Under the pieces are notes generated by a model. It was not told the origin of the DNA. It did not search any database and worked only from the letters and a program-made list of their open reading frames with translations. A stretch of 64,000 nt of DNA, taken from NCBI GenBank assembly GCA_041661385.1, contig JBAZUP010000001.1, positions 640,907-704,906 of the forward strand, in the 5' to 3' direction. Positions 9,359-17,970 of the stretch are shown one piece after another. A program made the translations under genes and the position numbers. The stretch comes from Patescibacteria group bacterium (lineage in GTDB: Bacteria; Patescibacteriota; Patescibacteriia; Magasanikbacterales; GWA2-37-8). Position 1 is the first letter of the stretch; each line of letters begins with the position of its first letter.

Positions 9359-9484
9359 GGAGATGAGATTCGAATGGGAAAGGGAGAAAACGGGAGTTTT
9401 TTCTTGATGAGGAAAGCCCACGAAAACCCGAACGGTTTTCGTGAGAGCGAAGCGAGTTCGAATCTCCGATCGCCGCTTTGTTAG
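9359..9484 (+). repeat. tRNA-3'-associated structured element, copy 1
   Basis: begins ggagatgagattcgaa (inverted copy of the tRNA-Ser T-arm and 3' strand). It contains hairpin agaaaacgggagtttttct, core TGATGAGGAAAG, and hairpin GAAAACCCGAACGGTTTTC (9422-9440). It ends gagttcgaatctccgatcgccgctttgttag, a direct copy of the tRNA 3' end and trailer. Confidence 0.6.
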
Positions 9485-9497
9485 TTAAAAATGTAAT

Positions 9498-9584
9498 GGA
9501 GAGGTGGCCGAGCGGTTGAAGGCGTTGGTCTCGAACACCAATAAAGTCGAAAGACTTTCGTGAGTTCGAATCTCACCCTCTCCG
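9498..9584 (+). tRNA. tRNA-Ser (anticodon CGA)
   Basis: same acceptor/T-arm as upstream tRNA-Ser; anticodon loop CTCGAAC; long variable arm aaagtc-gaa-agacttt. Confidence 0.9.
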
Positions 9585-9626
9585 CTAAATTAAATACCAT
9601 CCAATAGGGGTGGTATTTAATTTATT

Positions 9627-9763
9627 GTGAATGATGAGATTCGAACTAAAGATGGAAAGAAACGAAGTTTCTTTCGTGCTGAGGAAAGTTCACGAAAACC
9701 CGAACGGTTTTCGTGAAGCGAATGAAATGAACGTGTTCGAATAGCGAAGTGCTCACCCTCTCC
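9627..9763 (+). repeat. tRNA-3'-associated structured element, copy 2
   Basis: gatgagattcgaac (inverted T-arm) ... gaaagaaacgaagtttctttc hairpin ... TGCTGAGGAAAG ... GAAAACCCGAACGGTTTTC (9694-9712) ... gtgttcgaata...ctcaccctctcc (direct 3' acceptor copy). Confidence 0.6.
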
Positions 9764-9770
9764 ACCAAAA

Positions 9771-9806
9771 CAACGACTCTCTTGTGTGGGTCGTTGTTTT
9801 TGTTTT
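9771..9806 (+). terminator. rho-independent terminator
   Basis: caacgac-tctcttgtgtggg-tcgttg followed by tttttgtttt. Confidence 0.6.
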
Positions 9807-9846
9807 ATAATAACTATATAAATTAAATAAAAATTTTTAGAAATAT

Positions 9847-9954
9847 ATGCGCGTAATATTTATTGTCGGCTTTATAGTGTTGATCATTGCAGTAACCGGT
9901 TTTTATGAATACTTTTCCCCCGACAAACCAAAGTCAAAAGACATTCCTAAATAA
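9847..9954 (+). CDS. possible small membrane peptide (35 aa)
   Basis: ATG...TAA, MRVIFIVGFIVLIIAVTGFYEYFSPDKPKSKDIPK; hydrophobic; below ORF-track cutoff; unverified. Confidence 0.2.
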   Translation: MRVIFIVGFIVLIIAVTGFYEYFSPDKPKSKDIPK

Positions 9955-10003
9955 TATTTAGAAATAAAAAAACACCTCATATGTTTATAAGGTGTTTTTT
10001 TTA

Positions 10004-10636
10004 TTAAACGATATGAAAAAATTTTTCTTTTGGCAGTCGAACTTTTGCGAGTTTTAGATAATCATCACTTTCATCTCTAAAACCCACTGCCGCAATTACT
10101 ACCGTTTTCAAACCCTTCTCCTCGAGCCCTAAGATCTTATCAAACTCCGCCGGATTGAATCCCTCCATCGGCGAAGCGTCTATTCTTCCTTCTGCCGCCG
10201 CTGTCAAAAGCACACCCAGCGCAAGATAAGCTTGCCTGGCCGCCCACTCCTGTCGCTGTTCGTTAGTTCGTGAAGAGATTGTGTTTTTTATCATTGATTC
10301 AAAATCTTTTAAAGCCGCGACTGGCACGCCACGGGTCTTAGAAATCTCCTCCATATATTCATCAACATGTTTTTCGCCCAGATCTTTTTCAATTGCAAAT
10401 ACTAACAGGTGAGAAGCGTCTGTAATCTGAGGCTGTCCAAAAGCGGCGATTTTCAATTTTTCACGTATTTCCGGTTTAGTAATTACTAAAACCTTAAACG
10501 ATTGCAAGCCAAAAGATGACGGTGAAAGGCGAATTGCTTCCATAAGACCTTCAAGCTGTTCCGATGACAATTTTTTCTCTGTATTATATTTTTTTGTAGC
10601 ATAACGCCACAATAACGAGTTAATCGCTGTTTTCAT
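10004..10636 (-). CDS. nitroreductase family protein
   Basis: 210 aa; nitroreductase-fold signature residues (RYATKKY..., SPSSFGLQSFKVLVI, C-terminal GF..ESDDY). Confidence 0.8.
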   Translation of the reverse strand: MKTAINSLLWRYATKKYNTEKKLSSEQLEGLMEAIRLSPSSFGLQSFKVLVITKPEIREKLKIAAFGQPQITDASHLLVFAIEKDLGEKHVDEYMEEISKTRGVPVAALKDFESMIKNTISSRTNEQRQEWAARQAYLALGVLLTAAAEGRIDASPMEGFNPAEFDKILGLEEKGLKTVVIAAVGFRDESDDYLKLAKVRLPKEKFFHIV

Positions 10637-10761
10637 ATATTTTACTACATTATGTCACGTCAAATCCTTAAAGACGCGGCAATTAATTTAATTAATGGAG
10701 GATTTTACATTGTATCCCCTATAGTCTATACTGTCAAAATAAGGGGGTTGGTCAATTATTT

Positions 10762-11181
10762 ATGTTCAAAAAAAGTGGATTAATTTTAGTCGGAATTTTG
10801 ATAATTGTAGCAATGATTTTTTGGGTTAAATTTTTTAGCGCCGAAGATTCTTCTCCCACCGCTCCACTCGATCAAAAACCGCTAGTTTTGCCGCCCCTAA
10901 ACGCCCCCAAACAACTTTCCATCTCCGGTCTTTATGTTTGTTTACCGAGTAAAAATACTAGTCCTCAAACCATGGAGTGCGCTCTCGGACTTATGGCAGA
11001 TGATAATAATTATTATGCGCTCGATACTCAAAAATTAAGTTCATTTATAATTTACCCTACTGGTACTCGCCTTCATATTTCTGGCTTGTTCACACCAATT
11101 GAAATGATCAGCGCCGATACCTGGCGAAAATATAATATTAAAGGAATAATTAGCGTCGAAAAAGTAAATGAAATTGAATAA
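10762..11181 (+). CDS. hypothetical exported/membrane protein
   Basis: 139 aa; N-terminal TM helix; no recognisable domain. Confidence 0.4.
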   Translation: MFKKSGLILVGILIIVAMIFWVKFFSAEDSSPTAPLDQKPLVLPPLNAPKQLSISGLYVCLPSKNTSPQTMECALGLMADDNNYYALDTQKLSSFIIYPTGTRLHISGLFTPIEMISADTWRKYNIKGIISVEKVNEIE

Positions 11182-11206
11182 AATAAATTAAAAGATATTT
11201 ATTAAT

Positions 11207-12271
11207 ATGACAAAAAAAATAAATGTCGCGATTTTATTTGGCGGCAAGTCAGCCGAACATGAAGTGTCGCTTCGTTCGGCAAAAAATGTTATCGAGGCGC
11301 TCGATAAAAGTAAATTTAATCCGATTCTGATTGGTATTGATATAACCGGACACTGGCTTTTAAATGAAAATTCTCGTGAGCTTCTCGAGCACAACATCCC
11401 CCAGGAAATAGCTTTGTTGCCGGAACACCAGGGAGAAATGATAAATTTTTCAGATCTTAATAAAAAACAAAAAATTGATGTTGTTTTTCCAATTTTGCAC
11501 GGACCGTTTGGCGAAGACGGTACCGTCCAGGGGCTCTTAAAATTGGCGGATGTGCCGTTTGTTGGCGCTGGAGTGCTTGGTTCCGCGATCGGCATGGATA
11601 AGGATGTTATGAAAAGATTACTTCGTGATGCCGGACTCCCGGTTGGCAAATTTATAACTTTTAAAGATTTTGAAGTTCCAACCTATAAAAAACTTACCGA
11701 CGAACTCGGTTCGCCATTCTTTATTAAACCGGCCAATCTTGGTTCTTCAGTTGGCGTTCATAAAATAAAAAACAAAATCGGATATGAAAAAGCGCTTGCC
11801 GATGCTTTTCAATACGATCGCAAAATTATTGCCGAAGAATTTATTGAAGGCAGAGAAATTGAGTGTGCGGTTCTTGGCAACGAAGAACCGATTGCCTCAA
11901 CGCCTGGCGAGATTATCGTCAACAGCGAATTTTATTCTTATGAAGCGAAATATCTAGACGACAAGGGCGCAACTCTGCAAATTCCAGCGAAACTTTCCAA
12001 CGAACTCAGCGCGGAAATTCAATATCTTGCCGTTCAAACTTTTAAGACTCTTTGCTGTGAAGGTTTGGGTCGGGTAGATTTTTTTCTGAAAAAAAACGGG
12101 AAGGTGCTCATTAACGAAATCAACACCATCCCGGGTTTTACTTCTATTTCAATGTATCCCAAACTCTGGGAAGAAAGCGGTTTAAAATATTCTGAATTAA
12201 TTACCCGTCTTCTTGAACTAGCTATTGAACGCTACCAGAAAGAATCTAAACTTAAAACTGCCCGCTCTTAA
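11207..12271 (+). CDS. ddl: D-alanine--D-alanine ligase
   Basis: KINVAILFGGKSAEHEVSLRSAKNV N-terminus, ATP-grasp motifs, C-terminal EINTIPGFT. Confidence 0.9.
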   Translation: MTKKINVAILFGGKSAEHEVSLRSAKNVIEALDKSKFNPILIGIDITGHWLLNENSRELLEHNIPQEIALLPEHQGEMINFSDLNKKQKIDVVFPILHGPFGEDGTVQGLLKLADVPFVGAGVLGSAIGMDKDVMKRLLRDAGLPVGKFITFKDFEVPTYKKLTDELGSPFFIKPANLGSSVGVHKIKNKIGYEKALADAFQYDRKIIAEEFIEGREIECAVLGNEEPIASTPGEIIVNSEFYSYEAKYLDDKGATLQIPAKLSNELSAEIQYLAVQTFKTLCCEGLGRVDFFLKKNGKVLINEINTIPGFTSISMYPKLWEESGLKYSELITRLLELAIERYQKESKLKTARS

Positions 12272-13266
12272 ATTTTTGCCACAAACAAATCAAGAAGCAA
12301 TGCCTGGCCTCCTCGGCCAGTCTTTGTTTTTATATCGGTTTCCAAAAGTTGTTCGTATATTGATTCTAAACGCGCCAATGAATATTGGCGTACAATCGCC
12401 AGATTTTTTTTTGCGACAAACGGGTGAACTCCCAACTTTTTTGCAATTTGGTCGCTAGTTAACCCACCCTCTCTTTCAAGCAAGTCGCTCATCTCAATAA
12501 GAATTCTAAATTGCCACAAAATTGTTCCGAATAATTTTCCATCCTCTTCGCCCAGCTCGCGTTGTTCTTCGAGGAGAGTCAGGGCTTTTTTATGGTTTCC
12601 GGAAACCACGGCATCAGTAAAATTAAAAATATTATCATCCAGTTTTGTTTCAGTAAATTTATTAACATCCTCAACCGTGATTGTTCGGCCAGATGAAAAT
12701 GCGAGCAATTGATTTATTATAGCCGCCAGCGTCCAGCTGTCGGCACCTGATTCTGCCATTCGGAAAGCGGCTGGTTTTTCAATTGTCCCGCCCTTTTCTT
12801 TTATTTTTTCTTCAATCCAAACAACCAACTTTGCGCCGCTTAAAAGTTCATGATTTTTACTATATTTTTCTTTAGCCAAAAGTTCATGAAGCTCTTTTGC
12901 TTCTTTTACTTTACTAAGGTTTTCACCTTGCCAAAAAATTAAAACCGTACTTTCCAATACACCCGCTTTAACTTTTTCAATAACCTCTGCCAGTAATTCT
13001 TTATCCGGAGACGTTAATAAATTTTCCACTACGACTAATTTTTTTTCACCAAGAAACGGTACGGTGTTAACTTCCGCAAAGATTTTACTGGCAGCCACTT
13101 TTTTCCCATCTAAAATAACTACATTATACCCTTGCGGATCGCGCTGTTTTTTGAATTTTAAAATCGATTCGCGCAAATATTCACGACTGCCAAAAGTATC
13201 TTGTCCGTAAATATATATAATCATATTATTTTGTTTCCCCCCAACTTTGTCCGGCTCCCACTTCAA
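12268..13266 (-). CDS. holA: DNA polymerase III delta subunit
   Basis: 332 aa; IYIYGQDTFGSREYL N-terminus and overall HolA-like length/organisation; adjacent to polA. Confidence 0.6.
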   Translation of the reverse strand: MKWEPDKVGGKQNNMIIYIYGQDTFGSREYLRESILKFKKQRDPQGYNVVILDGKKVAASKIFAEVNTVPFLGEKKLVVVENLLTSPDKELLAEVIEKVKAGVLESTVLIFWQGENLSKVKEAKELHELLAKEKYSKNHELLSGAKLVVWIEEKIKEKGGTIEKPAAFRMAESGADSWTLAAIINQLLAFSSGRTITVEDVNKFTETKLDDNIFNFTDAVVSGNHKKALTLLEEQRELGEEDGKLFGTILWQFRILIEMSDLLEREGGLTSDQIAKKLGVHPFVAKKNLAIVRQYSLARLESIYEQLLETDIKTKTGRGGQALLLDLFVAKI

Positions 13267-15928
13267 CTTTAACCGGCACTCGAAGTTTTACGACATTTTC
13301 CATTATTTCTTTTAATTTATTACTGATTTCTGCAACTAGTTTTTCTTTTACTTCCAAAACCAATTCATCATGCACTTGCATAATTAACTTGGCATCTTCG
13401 TTTTTAAAATTTTCTTTCAAATATTTATAAACCTCAATCATCGCCATCTTCATAAGGTCGGCTGCAGTGCCCTGCACCGGATGATTTACTGCCATGCGTT
13501 CGGCAGCACTGCGCGCCTGATAATTTGAAGAATTAAGCTCGGGTAAATATCGACGGCGTCCAAATAACGTTTCGCAGTAGCCTTCTTTTTTGGTAAAAAT
13601 TAAAGTCGAATCAATATACTTTTTTACGCCGCTGAATTTTTCAAAATACTTTTGAATAAATTGTTTTGCTTCCCAATGAGTAATATCGGCGCGCCAACTG
13701 AGACCATAAACTCCCATGCCATAAAGCACGCCGAAATTTATTTCTTTAGCAGCGTAACGCATTTCTTTGGTGACTTTATCAAGTGGCACTTCGTGAATCG
13801 CGGCGGCGGTCGCTTGGTGAATATCTTCGCCCTTTTCAAAAATTTCAATCATTTTTTTATCTTCGGCAAGTGAAGCTACTACCCTTAGTTCAATTTGTGA
13901 ATAGTCGGCGCTAATTAATTTATAGCCTTTTTCAGCGACAAATGCGTTGCGGACTTCCTGCCCAAGCTTGGTGCGAACCGGAATATTTTGTAGGTTTGGA
14001 TCAGAACTTGAAAGGCGGCCGGTCGCAGTGATTGCCTGATTAAACGAAGAATGAATGCGTTTTGTTGTAGAGTTAATAAGTACGGGCAAGGTATCAATAT
14101 AAGTATTTTGAAGTTTGGTTAGTTCACGATAAATACTTATTTCATCAACAATCGGATGCAGACCTTTTAATTTATCTAGTTCTTCGGCAGAAGTAGATAA
14201 ACCCGTTTTGCCTTTTTTTATGCCCTCAGTTGAAATATCCAATTTTTCAAACAGCACCTCACGAAGCTGAAGCGGCGAAGAAATATTAAACTCCATTCCG
14301 GCGTGCGAATATATTTTATCAGTAATAATTTTTATTTCTTTTGCGACTCGCGTCGATAAGTCTTTTAAAATTTTAGTATCAACCGCAACACCATTTGCTT
14401 CCATATCGGCGAGAACCGGCACAAGCGGCATTTCAAGTTTTTCAAGCAATCCTAAATTATCTATTTTTTCCAAATCATTTTTTAATTGACCCGAAATTTG
14501 TGAAACTAAATATAACTCATATGTCGCCTGGCGCTTATCAATTCCAAACAAACTTTCTTGTCCGCTGCCTGCCGCCAGTTCTTTACCAAGAATTTTAAAG
14601 ACCAGTCCGGCAATATCATGAGCCCGACTTCCCGGATTAAGAATATATGACGCGATCATTACATCAAATAGCTTATTTTTTATAAAAATGTTTTCGTGAA
14701 TTTCCAAATATTTTACCAGCGGTTTTAAGTCGTGTCCTATTAATTCAAGATCTTTTTCCAAAAAAATTGTCTTGAACTTATCGAACATTTCGGCAGGAAT
14801 AAAATATGATTCACCTCCAACAGCAAGCGCGACGCCATTTAATTTGTTTTTAAATATATCTGTTCCTTCAATTACCAACCGCGCCGCATATTTTTTGGTC
14901 TTTTTTATTTTTTCCACCAGTTCGTCAACCGCTGCTTTTTTGCTTATTTCTGTATATTTATAATCAATTTTTACTGCCGTTTTTTTACCGTTCTTTTTTT
15001 CTCCTCCTCCGGCCTCCGGCGCATCCTTAAACTCAGGAATACGTTTTAACAAAGAAATAAATTCATATTTTTGAAACATTTCAACAAGCTTCTCCCGCTC
15101 AAATGGCTTGACGCGACAATCTTCCAAATTAAAATTTAAATTAGGCACTTTGGTATCTAGCGTAGCGAGCTCATAACTAAGCCTGGCAATTTTTTCATTT
15201 TCCTGCAGTTTTTTTATAAGTGAATCTGTGAAGCCGGCTTTTTTTAAATTTTTAATATTTTTATATATTTGATCTAGTGAACCAATTTTTTTTATTAACT
15301 CTGTTGCGCCTTTTTCTCCGATACCGGGCACGCCAGGAATATTATCCGACGCATCACCGCGAATTGATTTATAATCAATCACTCGATCCGGTCCGAAACC
15401 GTACCGCTCATTTACTCCTTTCGGATCATAAACAACCACATCATTTATTCCTTTTCTTAAAGTATAAACCTTTACTTTTTCTGAAACTAGTTGCAGCGTG
15501 TCCATATCGCCGGTAACAATAAAAACTTCCAACGGTTCTTGCTCGGTCATTTTTACAATTGTTCCAATCACATCGTCTGCCTCATAGCCGGACTTAGAAA
15601 AAATTTGAAAATTAAACGCGCCTAGCACTTCCCTAGTAAGAGGTATTTGATCGTACAGTGCTTGTTCGGCTTTCACCCGAGTCGCTTTATATTTATCAAA
15701 TTTAACATGCCTAAATGTCGGACCGGCTTCATCAAAAGTAACCGCAACATATTCGGGTTTAATTTCATTCAAAACTTTCAAAAGCATCGAAACAAAACCA
15801 TACACTGCATTTACCACGACGCCGCTTCTTGTTGTAAGCGGTGGAATCGCGTGATATGCCCGGTGCACAATAGCATTCCCGTCAATTATCATTAACTTTT
15901 TCATAATCGAATTGAACGAGGAAATCAA
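13226..15928 (-). CDS. polA: DNA polymerase I
   Basis: 900 aa; 5'-3' exonuclease domain N-terminus, C-terminal polymerase motifs (RRAAKEINFGVLYG, VHDELVLEV). Confidence 0.9.
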   Translation of the reverse strand: MISSFNSIMKKLMIIDGNAIVHRAYHAIPPLTTRSGVVVNAVYGFVSMLLKVLNEIKPEYVAVTFDEAGPTFRHVKFDKYKATRVKAEQALYDQIPLTREVLGAFNFQIFSKSGYEADDVIGTIVKMTEQEPLEVFIVTGDMDTLQLVSEKVKVYTLRKGINDVVVYDPKGVNERYGFGPDRVIDYKSIRGDASDNIPGVPGIGEKGATELIKKIGSLDQIYKNIKNLKKAGFTDSLIKKLQENEKIARLSYELATLDTKVPNLNFNLEDCRVKPFEREKLVEMFQKYEFISLLKRIPEFKDAPEAGGGEKKNGKKTAVKIDYKYTEISKKAAVDELVEKIKKTKKYAARLVIEGTDIFKNKLNGVALAVGGESYFIPAEMFDKFKTIFLEKDLELIGHDLKPLVKYLEIHENIFIKNKLFDVMIASYILNPGSRAHDIAGLVFKILGKELAAGSGQESLFGIDKRQATYELYLVSQISGQLKNDLEKIDNLGLLEKLEMPLVPVLADMEANGVAVDTKILKDLSTRVAKEIKIITDKIYSHAGMEFNISSPLQLREVLFEKLDISTEGIKKGKTGLSTSAEELDKLKGLHPIVDEISIYRELTKLQNTYIDTLPVLINSTTKRIHSSFNQAITATGRLSSSDPNLQNIPVRTKLGQEVRNAFVAEKGYKLISADYSQIELRVVASLAEDKKMIEIFEKGEDIHQATAAAIHEVPLDKVTKEMRYAAKEINFGVLYGMGVYGLSWRADITHWEAKQFIQKYFEKFSGVKKYIDSTLIFTKKEGYCETLFGRRRYLPELNSSNYQARSAAERMAVNHPVQGTAADLMKMAMIEVYKYLKENFKNEDAKLIMQVHDELVLEVKEKLVAEISNKLKEIMENVVKLRVPVKVEVGAGQSWGETK

Positions 15929-16110
15929 ATTTATTTGAATTTCCGAGTGATTGAGTTTATATCGAAGATATAAGATATTTTCCCTTATTATACACTAAAT
16001 TAACACAAAATCAACCTATATAAATGATAAGGGCGGCCCAGTTTATGGGCTCGCCCTGTGTGAGGTTTTGCCTGCCCTCAGCAGGCCGCACGGATGCGGA
16101 AATTGGGTAT

Positions 16111-16464
16111 CTACCCGACCACCCCGACAGCTTCGGGGTAAAGAGTCTCGGGGTCGGGCCAGAGGGCCTCATTCACGTCGGCAAGCAAATCACCGAACGA
16201 AATTTCCCTCTCGGGATAGATGCGGTCCGGCTCGAGCCGCACGTAGCCAAGCCGATTGGCCAAAATGACCACATAACGGTGCTTGCCGCTCTTGTTGTAG
16301 ACCGCGAAGGTGAGTCCATCCTTGGTCCCGAAGGTCCCGCCAACCCCGAACTTCCCGGGGATCTTGGCCTTCACTGCCGCAGCGAGTCCGTCCGTTCCGA
16401 AGAACGAAAGCCAGCAAAAGTTTTCGCCAGCCTCAGCAACAGCCACTCTGATGTTAGTCTTCAC
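16111..16464 (-). CDS. GC-rich hypothetical protein (island B)
   Basis: 117 aa; extreme GC3 bias versus flanks; GC-rich hairpins 16031-16056 and 16070-16086 just downstream. Confidence 0.45.
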   Translation of the reverse strand: MKTNIRVAVAEAGENFCWLSFFGTDGLAAAVKAKIPGKFGVGGTFGTKDGLTFAVYNKSGKHRYVVILANRLGYVRLEPDRIYPEREISFGDLLADVNEALWPDPETLYPEAVGVVG

Positions 16465-16864
16465 GTTTTGACTCCTTGTTACTGGGTTTACCCGCCTAGA
16501 AAAGAACGATTTTTAATATTCCAGACCTTTTTATGTGTCTGGAGTGTGGTTTGTTTTGCAAAACACACCTCAAAACATAAAAATGCATAAAAAATCACCC
16601 TTTTTTGAAGGGTGATTATAGTTTTATCGATAAGCGCTACTTCTTAGGCATTTTCAAAAACATAATCACCCCTCTTATAAAAGAAGGCCCAGAAGCTAAA
16701 ATACTGTTGTGATTGATTATGTTTCATAGATTGAATTAAATTTACCCTAAACTTTAGGGGGCGTCAAGTGTGGATAAAATGCCGATAAACTTCAAACTAA
16801 TTTGGAGCTTAATAGGTTGGCAGAGATTAAGCCCTCTGCCATGGCTCCGTCGAAACGGAATGAG

Positions 16865-17185
16865 CTACTTCATAGGGCTCTTGCTGAAGAACCCCTCGCA
16901 GGTTAGGCTGAACAAATAGGCAGCCTCGCTGACCTTGAGATTCGTTCCAGCCTTGAACGAAAGAAGGTTGCCGCCGGAAAACCGGCCCCTCATTCGCGCC
17001 TCGCGCAATTTCTCGATCGTCCCCTCGTCATCGGGCTTCAGTGCACCCGACGCGCACAGCTGCCCCAGCTTGTTGAGCGCTGTCGCTTCATCAGGATCGA
17101 GCACCTGATGAAACACCCCGTAGAAAGATTCGTTCCTGAGCATCGAATCGATCATGAACTTCTGAATCACCGCCGCGTCAATCAT
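16865..17185 (-). CDS. GC-rich hypothetical protein (island B)
   Basis: 106 aa; same compositional class; hairpin ggcagag-attaagccc-tctgcc 16819-16840 downstream. Confidence 0.45.
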   Translation of the reverse strand: MIDAAVIQKFMIDSMLRNESFYGVFHQVLDPDEATALNKLGQLCASGALKPDDEGTIEKLREARMRGRFSGGNLLSFKAGTNLKVSEAAYLFSLTCEGFFSKSPMK

Positions 17186-17224
17186 CGAACTTCTCCTTGT
17201 GAGAGTAAATACAGTTGCTGTGAA

Positions 17225-17590
17225 CTACTTCTTGCTCGCTCGGGAGCTGATCCGCTCGAGGCCGGGCCACACGTTCTTCATGAAGAGTTCCGGCTTGAAG
17301 AACTTGACCGGACGCAGCACGATGGTACGCGCCGCCTCCCTCTCGACCTCCGAGGAGTTTCTGGGGCTATACCAATAACCCCGCTGGATCGCCTTGTGAA
17401 CCATGTCGAGGTCCTCGTCGCTCACGATGATCCGTGACCGATTGGACATGTCGACGAATTCGTCGAGAGACTTCACGACGTTCTCGTCAATCTTCGGCTT
17501 GAAGATGATGAGAAGCCGCTTGGTCACCCGAAGGGAATTCTGCAGCTCAGTGAGAGCCATGTCTTCTGTCTGGAACTGTCCATTTCCCAT
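17225..17590 (-). CDS. GC-rich hypothetical protein (island B)
   Basis: 121 aa; 40-bp gap to next island gene; no recognisable domain. Confidence 0.45.
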   Translation of the reverse strand: MGNGQFQTEDMALTELQNSLRVTKRLLIIFKPKIDENVVKSLDEFVDMSNRSRIIVSDEDLDMVHKAIQRGYWYSPRNSSEVEREAARTIVLRPVKFFKPELFMKNVWPGLERISSRASKK

Positions 17591-17675
17591 TTATTTTACC
17601 CCTTTTTGATGTCTGCCGAGATATTCAGCGGACTAAGAATTCTATCAAAAAAATGGGTTTTTGTCAATGGAAGCC

Positions 17676-17797
17676 GAGGGGAATCGCACTGCTCGGCCTT
17701 CGGCCTGCGCTTTGAGAAACCGTTCGGGTTTCTCAATACTCATCCTCAGCAAGTAAGAGGGCTCGCTGCCCTCTTACCATCTCCCCGTGCGATTCCC
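17676..17797 (-). repeat. tRNA-3'-associated structured element, copy 3 (downstream of tRNA-Cys)
   Basis: read on minus strand: gggaatcgcac (inverted tRNA-Cys T-arm) ... gtaagagggcagcgagccctcttac hairpin ... TGCTGAGGATGAG ... GAGAAACCCGAACGGTTTCTC (17714-17734) ... gagcagtgcgattcccctc (direct copy of the tRNA-Cys 3' end). Confidence 0.6.
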
Positions 17798-17807
17798 AGA
17801 CACAAAT

Positions 17808-17838
17808 AAAAAGATACCTTTTATAAAGGTATCTTTTT
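17808..17838. terminator. perfect palindromic hairpin, bidirectional terminator
   Basis: aaaaagataccttt-tat-aaaggtatcttttt, 14-bp perfect arms flanked by A/T runs; sits between tRNA-Cys 3' end and element copy 3. Confidence 0.6.
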
Positions 17839-17843
17839 ATTTG

Positions 17844-17915
17844 AGGCCCGAGTGGGAATCGCACCCACGCATAGGGGTTTTGCAGACCCCTGCCTTACTG
17901 CTTGGCTATCGGGCC
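17844..17915 (-). tRNA. tRNA-Cys (anticodon GCA)
   Basis: GGCCCGA...TCGGGCC acceptor with discriminator U, anticodon loop CTGCAAA, T-arm GTGGGTGCGATTCCCAC. Confidence 0.9.
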
Positions 17916-17970
17916 AATTTTTTTAACTTTAAACAAGACTATCACAAAAACATCTTTTTTTCAAGCCTTA

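Noticed and set aside
9405-9445. Possible hammerhead ribozyme core in element copy 1 (cTGATGAGgaaagcccacGAAAac)
   Set aside because: The other three copies read CTGAGGA or CCGAGGA rather than CUGAUGA, so the motif is not conserved. The helix II geometry and a UH cleavage site do not line up either.
16024-16590. ORF-track ORF 16024-16590 (+) and other plus-strand ORFs in island B
   Set aside because: Antisense to the consistently oriented GC3-biased minus-strand genes; same GC-rich stop-codon depletion artefact.
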